DNA from: an uncultured Janthinobacterium sp.
Lineage (GTDB): Bacteria > Vulcanimicrobiota > Vulcanimicrobiia > Vulcanimicrobiales > Vulcanimicrobiaceae
Direction: 5' to 3'
DNA: 16,764 bases
Assembly: GCA_964658025.1 (NCBI GenBank)
Contig: CAZZXB010000012.1
Location: forward strand, 20,658-37,421
In this document: positions 9,925 through 16,764 of the stretch, piece after piece
Position numbering within the stretch: position 1 is the first letter of the stretch
Layout of the letters: each line of letters opens with the position of its first letter
Made by a program: the position numbers and the translations under genes
Notes under the pieces: generated by a model
Databases searched by the model: none
Told to the model about the DNA's origin: nothing
What the model saw: only the letters and a program-made list of their open reading frames with translations

Positions 9925-9942
9925 TCTGGGATGTCTCCCAGA
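9925..9942. repeat. Perfect inverted repeat TCTGGGA-tgtc-TCCCAGA (5'-UTR hairpin or operator)
   Basis: 7-4-7 palindrome between the predicted minus-strand TSS (about 9960) and the RBS of the mini-ORF. Confidence 0.6.
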
Positions 9943-9947
9943 CGTTT

Positions 9948-10012
9948 TACTTGACCCACTATTTACTTTATATCATCAACTATCTAGGGAGTCAACAGCT
10001 TGCATCCCCAAC
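9948..10012. promoter_or_regulatory. Candidate MarR operator array with 16-bp periodicity
   Basis: AT-rich island containing TACTTGA (9948) and TACTTTA (9964), and TCAAC (9976), TCAAC (9992) and CCAAC (10008). Imperfect palindrome TACTTTA-tatca-TCAACTA (9964-9982) overlaps the minus-strand -10 box. Confidence 0.45.
9967..9995 (-). promoter_or_regulatory. Sigma70-type promoter TTGACT-N17-TATAAA driving mini-ORF and ECF sigma
   Basis: -35 at 9995-9990 and -10 at 9972-9967, each a 5/6 match to consensus, with 17-bp spacing in a GC-rich genome. Confidence 0.75.
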
Positions 10013-10028
10013 CTTCCGGGTGTATGAT
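10000..10028 (+). promoter_or_regulatory. Sigma70-type promoter TTGCAT-N17-TATGAT for the MarR gene (probably leaderless mRNA)
   Basis: -35 at 10000-10005, -10 at 10023-10028, and an in-frame GTG at 10035, 6 nt after the -10 box, with no SD. Confidence 0.7.
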
Positions 10029-10034
10029 CTTTCC

Positions 10035-10487
10035 GTGGTCACGAGGGAAACGAAGCCGATCCGCACGCTCGGCGGGCAAGCCTGGGAACTGATGTACGAA
10101 GTGTTCAAGGCGAGCAAGCCGTATTTGGAAGTCGTGGCGTCGTCCTTCGACCTCACCCCGCAACAGATGTTCGCCTTGCGACAGCTCTCGCAGGAAGCTC
10201 CGGTGACGATGAGCGCGCTCGCGACGATGCTCGGTTGCGACGCCTCGAACGTCACGTCGATCGTCGACAAGCTCGAGACGCGCGGTTTCCTCGAACGCCG
10301 CAGCGTCGGTCACGATCGGCGCGTGAAGTCGCTCGTGATGACGGAAGCCGGCATCGCACTCAAGGAGCGGCTGGAGGAGCGGATGCAAACCCCTCCGCCC
10401 GCGATCGCGAATCTCTGCGAAGAAGACCAACGCGCGCTCTGCGGCGTGTTCGCCCGCGCGCTCGCGTCGGTCTCCGCTCCGCTGTAG
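10035..10487 (+). CDS. MarR family transcriptional regulator, about 150 aa
   Basis: FDLTPQQMFALRQL, TMSALATMLGCDASNVTSIVDKLETRGFLER, HDRRVKSLVMTEAG. The ORF-track extension to 9903 runs through the promoter region. Confidence 0.94.
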   Translation: MVTRETKPIRTLGGQAWELMYEVFKASKPYLEVVASSFDLTPQQMFALRQLSQEAPVTMSALATMLGCDASNVTSIVDKLETRGFLERRSVGHDRRVKSLVMTEAGIALKERLEERMQTPPPAIANLCEEDQRALCGVFARALASVSAPL

Positions 10488-10554
10488 ATCGGCCATCGCC
10501 GGCCGGGTCGTTCGGCTCGCGGCGAGGATCGAATCGTTCGGTGCGACGCCGCGC

Positions 10555-11526
10555 TTAAGGGGTTTCCGCCGCCGTCGAGATCGCGCTCGCGAACGCGGAT
10601 GCGTCGACGTTTCCGCCGCTGAGGACGATGCCGACGCGCGACCCCGCGACGTCGAGTCGCCTCGCGAGCAGCGCCGCGAGCGCGGACGCGCCGCTCGGCT
10701 CGAGCACGAACTTCGAACGCTCGAACGCGAACCGCATGGCCGCCCGGATCTCGTCGTCGCTGACGGTCAGGATACCGGCGCAGAGACGCTTCGCGATCGG
10801 AAACGTGATCGCGCCGGGCGAGGTCGTCCGCTGGCCGTCGGCGATCGTCTCGGGCTCCGGGATCTCGATCCGTTCGCCCGCCGCGAACGACCGCGCGAAA
10901 TCGTCGCCCGCTTCGGGTTCCACGCCGTAGACGCGCGCCGAGGGCCGCAATTCCGAGGCCGCGAGCGCGCATCCCGCGAGCAACCCGCCGCCGCCCGTCG
11001 GCACGAGCAGCACGTCGAGGTCGGGGACGTCTTCGAACATCTCGAGCGCGACCGTTCCTTGCCCCGCGACGATCTCGGCATCGTCGAACGGCGGCACGAG
11101 CGTCGCGCCGCGTTCGCGAGCGATCCGCATCGCGAGCGCGCGGCGATCCGTCGTCGCGCGATCGTAGGTCACGACGTCCGCGCCGTACGCGCGCGTCGCG
11201 GCGAGCTTCGCCGCGGTCGCGTCGCGCGGCATCACGATCGTGGCCGCGACCCCGAGGAGCCGCGCGGCGAGCGCGACCCCCTGCGCGTGGTTCCCGCTCG
11301 AAAACGCGACGACGCCGCGACCGCGCCCCGCAGCGTCGAGTCGCGAGATCCGATTGTAGGCGCCGCGAAATTTGAACGCCCCCATGCGCTGGAACTGCTC
11401 GCACTTGAGGAACGCCCGCGCGCCCGTCCGTCCGTCCAGCGTGCGCGACGTGACGACGGGCGTCCGATGCGCGATCCCGCGCAAGCGTTCCGCCGCCCGC
11501 ACGACGCTCGCGAAATCGGGCGTTAT
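10555..11526 (-). CDS. PLP-dependent Ser/Thr dehydratase family protein (serine racemase / threo-3-hydroxy-aspartate ammonia-lyase-like), no ACT domain
   Basis: HRTPV, LKCEQFQRMGAFKFRGAYN (PLP Lys), SSGNHAQG, PPFDD..IVAGQGT, PTGGGGL, ETIADG, EPSGA, LSGGNVD. The start is probably ATA 11526; GTG 11502 is an alternative. Confidence 0.94.
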   Translation of the reverse strand: MTPDFASVVRAAERLRGIAHRTPVVTSRTLDGRTGARAFLKCEQFQRMGAFKFRGAYNRISRLDAAGRGRGVVAFSSGNHAQGVALAARLLGVAATIVMPRDATAAKLAATRAYGADVVTYDRATTDRRALAMRIARERGATLVPPFDDAEIVAGQGTVALEMFEDVPDLDVLLVPTGGGGLLAGCALAASELRPSARVYGVEPEAGDDFARSFAAGERIEIPEPETIADGQRTTSPGAITFPIAKRLCAGILTVSDDEIRAAMRFAFERSKFVLEPSGASALAALLARRLDVAGSRVGIVLSGGNVDASAFASAISTAAETP

Positions 11527-11956
11527 TGGCTCGCGGTCGGCGGACCGATGTGGAATTTCACGATCTTTCCGTCGGCGTCGAGCATGAATTTTTCCGCGAG
11601 CGTGCCGCGGTCGAACGTCGCGGTGAACGTGTGGAGCGACGGATCGGAACCGGACGGCGTATCCTCTTTGATCGACTTGAGCGAACCTTGCGCGTTGACG
11701 AGATTCGAGAGCGCACCGACGCGCGCGCGATCTTGGAGTTCCTTGTCGTTGATCGCGTTGAAATACTTCGCGGCCGGCGTCATGTCGTTTTTCGCGATCG
11801 CCTTCGTCACGGAATCCGCCATCCGCTCGTACCGGTTCCCGTGATGCAATAACTTGTAGAGGATGAGGACGGCGAGGACGACGACGATCGCGACGACGAT
11901 CGGATTGCGCGTCCCCGAACGCGCGGGTCCGATGGGGCGGACGGGGATGGGCGTGC

Positions 11957-11960
<4 letters not shown>
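11523..11960 (-). CDS. Single-pass membrane protein with DUF3887-like extracytoplasmic domain, 145 aa
   Basis: GTG 11960 overlaps the prfC stop (GTGA). TM segment IVVAIVVVLAVLILY, then a helical segment and ATFDRG...LDADGKIVKF. The domain call is pattern-based. Confidence 0.75.
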
Positions 11961-13600
<1,640 letters not shown>

Positions 13601-13627
13601 GATCGTCGTCGTTGTATACGACCCGCC

Positions 13628-14152
13628 TCAACGAACGCCCGCCCGGGAGGCCGCGAAGACGGGCGCGGCACCGCTCGGAAGGACGAACGCGCGCACGTCT
13701 TCGCGGCCGAGCGCGCGCCGGTCGACGTAGAGTCGCGCGCCGGACACCGCGACGCGGACGACGTCGGGAACGAGCAGGCGGTCCGCGCCGCGGGCGATGC
13801 GAACCTCGCCGCGGCCGACCCGGACGCGGCAGTCGGCGCTACGTAGCGTGCCGCCGGCGGCGACCGCGACCGCGTCCGCCGGGATCGTCCCGCGCGCGAA
13901 CGCGGCGTTCCCGCGCGCCCACGCGACCTGACGGAAACACGCCGGAAGCGCCGAGAACGCCCACGGCGCGACGCCCGTCACGTCGTCGGGTGCGAGCGTC
14001 GGCGCGCGCTCCGATCGCGGCGGACCGGGCGTTCCGGTCGCGGTGACGTACGCCGTGCGCCCCGCATCGCGCGACGAGCGGAGGGAGATCGAGGTGATCG
14101 CGACGAGCGCGATGCCGACGACGATCGAGGACGCGAGGAGATACCGCCACAC
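13628..14152 (-). CDS. Hypothetical membrane-anchored/secreted protein, 174 aa
   Basis: N-terminal hydrophobic helix MWRYLLASSIVVGIALVAI. It fills the gap between GH130 (6 bp) and prfC (27 bp) on the same strand and contains APWAFSALPACF and a second Cys. Confidence 0.75.
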   Translation of the reverse strand: MWRYLLASSIVVGIALVAITSISLRSSRDAGRTAYVTATGTPGPPRSERAPTLAPDDVTGVAPWAFSALPACFRQVAWARGNAAFARGTIPADAVAVAAGGTLRSADCRVRVGRGEVRIARGADRLLVPDVVRVAVSGARLYVDRRALGREDVRAFVLPSGAAPVFAASRAGVR

Positions 14153-14158
14153 GGCGGA

Positions 14159-15232
14159 TCAGCCCGGCGCGAGGACGATCCGAGCGCGACCGATCCGCGA
14201 ATCCGCCATGCCGTAATAGACGTCGAAGTCGCGCTCGGCCGCGCCCGGTCGACGATCGATCGCGGTCGGAAACACGACGTTCGCGACGGTCCCCTCGGTC
14301 TCGTCCGGCGTCTCGGGCGAGAGCACGGGTGCGGGCGAGCGATACCGCACGAGGTGCGGGCGCTCCGCATCGTGGATCACGATGCCGGCGCGATACTTCA
14401 GCCCGAGCAGCGAGCCGTCGTCGCGGACGATCGTATCGACGCCGTGGAAGAGCGAGAACCAGCCCTCGGCGATGCGCACGGGCGGCGTGCCGCCGCCGTT
14501 CTTCACCGCGCCCCACACGTCGCTCGTTTCGAGGACGGTCACGCTCTCGGTCGGCGCGAGTAACGCGCGACGATCCGCGAGCACGGCGTCGAGCGGCACG
14601 TAGGCGATCCGCGTGTGCTCGCGCTCGGCGTGCGGCGCCTCGAGCGCGAGTTGCGCGGCGGCGCGGCCGTCGGGCGAGGTGAAATGCTTCATCGGCCGAT
14701 GGTAGTACGCGATCGACCGCACGCCGTTCGGCGAGAGGACGGGCTCGGGGAAGATCGCGCAGTCCTTGTCGTCGCCGTTCTCGCGTCCCGTCCCGGCAAA
14801 ATCGACGAGACCGAGCCGCTCCCACACGTATCCGTCGGGCGAGACGGCGAAGGCGATCCGCGGTCCCGCCGGGCCGAACGCCGTGTAGCCCATCACGTAG
14901 CAATCGAGCGCGGGCACGAACGTCACGCGCGCGTCCTCGCAGCCGTATCCGCCCGGGGCCGTGCGGAGTTCGTCGGCCGTCAACGGTTCGAGTGCGAAGC
15001 CCAAACGATCGAACGTCGGCGTCGCCGGATCGCCGCTCGCCTCCACGAGCCCGACGCGCGAGACGTTTCTCGGTGCCACGCAGCGCGGATAGACGAGGAG
15101 CACGCCGTCGCGCGTACGCGCGGAGGCCGGGTTGAGCACGCCCTCGGACTCCGAGGCGTCGCCCGACGGCGCGAGTGCGGTCCCCAAGCGTTCGATCGTG
15201 TACTCGAGCGTCGCGATCGTCGTAGTGTCCAA
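14159..15232 (-). CDS. GH130-like glycoside hydrolase/phosphorylase (five-bladed beta-propeller)
   Basis: GVLNPA, GCEDARVT, YTAFG, DKDCAIFPE, KNGGGTPP..EGW..FHGV, NVVFPTA, YYGMADSRIG. TTG 15232 is chosen to avoid overlap with the upstream gene. Confidence 0.9.
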   Translation of the reverse strand: MDTTTIATLEYTIERLGTALAPSGDASESEGVLNPASARTRDGVLLVYPRCVAPRNVSRVGLVEASGDPATPTFDRLGFALEPLTADELRTAPGGYGCEDARVTFVPALDCYVMGYTAFGPAGPRIAFAVSPDGYVWERLGLVDFAGTGRENGDDKDCAIFPEPVLSPNGVRSIAYYHRPMKHFTSPDGRAAAQLALEAPHAEREHTRIAYVPLDAVLADRRALLAPTESVTVLETSDVWGAVKNGGGTPPVRIAEGWFSLFHGVDTIVRDDGSLLGLKYRAGIVIHDAERPHLVRYRSPAPVLSPETPDETEGTVANVVFPTAIDRRPGAAERDFDVYYGMADSRIGRARIVLAPG

Positions 15233-15257
15233 AAACGTTCGTCTTTCGCTTGTGACG

Positions 15258-15689
15258 CTACCGAAGCGTCGTCGTGGCGATGGGATCGCCTTCCGGTGTA
15301 ACGACGTCGAGCACGGAACCGCTCCGGTAGACCGCATTCGGAACGATCCACAGCGTGTAGGTCCGGTACGGGCCGCTGGCTTCGCCCGCATCTCGCGGCG
15401 GTCGTTCGAAAGCGACGATACGGACCCTATCGGCATTCGCGCGGATCGACTCGATGGTTTGACGCCATCCCGTGTCGTGGTGCGAGCCCATCAGTAAGAG
15501 CACGCCGAACTCGTGGTTGAATCGGACGGGCTTGCGGATGCCGAACGCCTCGAGATCGCGCCGGCTCCGAACCACCGCGACGACGTTCCCGCCGTTTCCG
15601 GGGACGACGCCCTGGGCGTAGGACTTCACGCGAACTTCCCGGCAACCGACGAGCGCCAGCAGCAGTGCGCAGAGCGCTGCGAACTTCAT
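15258..15689 (-). CDS. Lipoprotein with PrcB C-terminal-like domain, 143 aa
   Basis: ATG 15689, MKFAALCALLLALVG|C lipobox. RFNHEFGVLLLMG...TGWRQTIESI resembles the PrcB_C pattern (inference). Confidence 0.75.
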   Translation of the reverse strand: MKFAALCALLLALVGCREVRVKSYAQGVVPGNGGNVVAVVRSRRDLEAFGIRKPVRFNHEFGVLLLMGSHHDTGWRQTIESIRANADRVRIVAFERPPRDAGEASGPYRTYTLWIVPNAVYRSGSVLDVVTPEGDPIATTTLR

Positions 15690-15852
15690 TCCCCGGCGCT
15701 TCGCGGGAAGGGCCCGACGGCCTCGCGAAGTTCGAGAAGCTCGGAATGCCGTCGACTTCAGCGGTTGCGCGGCGTCCGTCAAAAGCGTCTCATCAGGAGA
15801 TGCAGCTCGTGAGATGCGCCTTCGTCCGAAGACGCCGAGTGTAAGGAACGTC

Positions 15853-16764
15853 GTGCAGGTCTTTCGTGGCTTCGCGGTCGCTAGCGCCGTGCTCGCCTTC
15901 GCCATCGCGGTTCTCGGCAGTTGGGTTCGGATCAACGACGCCGGGCTGACGTGCCCCGATTGGCCGCTCTGCCACGGCGCGCTCGTTCCCACGCTCGCCG
16001 GCGGCGTCGTCCTCGAATGGTCGCACCGCTTGGTCGCGTTCGTCGAGGGCTTCGTCGTGCTCGGCGCGATCGTGAGCGGTCTGCGGGTCCGCACGCGAAT
16101 CGCCGGCGTCGGTGCCGCGCTCGCGGCGCTCGGCGCGATCTTCGTGATCCAAGTCTCGCTCGGCGGCGCGACCGTCCTCCTCGCGAACAGTCCGCTCTCC
16201 GTCATGCTCCATTGGGGCATGGGGATGCTCTTGCTCGCCGACCTCACGGTGCTCGCGATCCTCGCGATCGTGGCTCCGCGACCCGGCACGAGCGAGGCGC
16301 CGAGTCGCGCGCGTTTCGGCGACGGTCCGGCGCCCGTCCTCGCGCTCGCGGCCGGGCTCGGGTTCGCGACGATGTGCGTCGGCGCGTACGTGAGTTCGAG
16401 CTACTTCGGCCTCGCCTGCGCGACGTTTCCGGCGTGCGACGGGACGATCTTCGGAACGACCGCGCCGCAGGCGTTGCAGATGGCGCACCGACTCGCGGCG
16501 GGGATCTTCGCGATCGTCGCCGCGCTCGCAACCGCCGTCGCGTGGCAGGCCGGTCCGTCGCGCGCGCGCGCGTTCGCGAGCCTCGGTCTCGCGCTCGTCT
16601 TCGTCCAGATCGCCCTCGGCGCGGGCAACGTGCTCTGGCATCTTCCGCTCGCGCTACGCGAAGCGCACGCGGCGAATGCGGGCGCCACGTTCCTGGCCTT
16701 CGTGGTCGCGACGTCGCTCGCGGCGCTCGATCCCGAACGCGCCCCGCACCGCGCCGCCGCGACC
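15853..16764 (+). CDS. ctaA: Heme A synthase (COX15/CtaA family), 3' end outside window
   Basis: Not in the ORF track. AAGGA precedes GTG 15853, giving MQVFRGFAVASAVLAFAIAVLGSWVRINDAGLTCPDWPLCHG...LEWSHR...VMLHWG...GLACATFPACDG...QMAHR...REAHAANA, with four conserved His and two Cys pairs. Confidence 0.92.
   Translation, partial: MQVFRGFAVASAVLAFAIAVLGSWVRINDAGLTCPDWPLCHGALVPTLAGGVVLEWSHRLVAFVEGFVVLGAIVSGLRVRTRIAGVGAALAALGAIFVIQVSLGGATVLLANSPLSVMLHWGMGMLLLADLTVLAILAIVAPRPGTSEAPSRARFGDGPAPVLALAAGLGFATMCVGAYVSSSYFGLACATFPACDGTIFGTTAPQALQMAHRLAAGIFAIVAALATAVAWQAGPSRARAFASLGLALVFVQIALGAGNVLWHLPLALREAHAANAGATFLAFVVATSLAALDPERAPHRAAAT

Noticed and set aside
15788..15835. SAM-I-like (CTCATC..GAG) or glycine-like (GGAGA...CCGAAG) riboswitch fragments before ctaA
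   Set aside because: The remaining conserved cores are absent, and the downstream gene does not fit either ligand.

Overview
High-GC (about 70% by eye), gene-dense bacterial chromosomal window with no mobile elements, CRISPR, rRNA or tRNA visible. In order: prolyl oligopeptidase (runs off the left edge) and SLT-domain lytic transglycosylase (-); His-box fatty-acid-hydroxylase-family protein plus plant-MGD-like GT28 glycolipid synthase (+); Gfo/Idh/MocA oxidoreductase and ROK kinase (-); M20 amidohydrolase (+); secreted LolA/LppX-like protein (-); YkgJ Cys-cluster protein (+); ECF sigma factor preceded by a 51-aa CxxC mini-ORF (-), divergent from a MarR regulator (+); a six-gene minus-strand cluster (PrcB-like lipoprotein, GH130, membrane protein, prfC, DUF3887-like protein, PLP Ser/Thr dehydratase); and heme A synthase ctaA (runs off the right edge). 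The two best leads are (1) a candidate regulatory cascade at about 7800-10500, made of back-to-back sigma70 promoters, a periodic operator, a CxxC uORF coupled to an ECF sigma with no adjacent anti-sigma and a non-ATG start, and an ECF-type promoter on a neighbouring secreted protein, and (2) the His-box oxidase plus MGDG-synthase-like glycolipid operon. Family calls come from motif recognition by eye, not from database searches.
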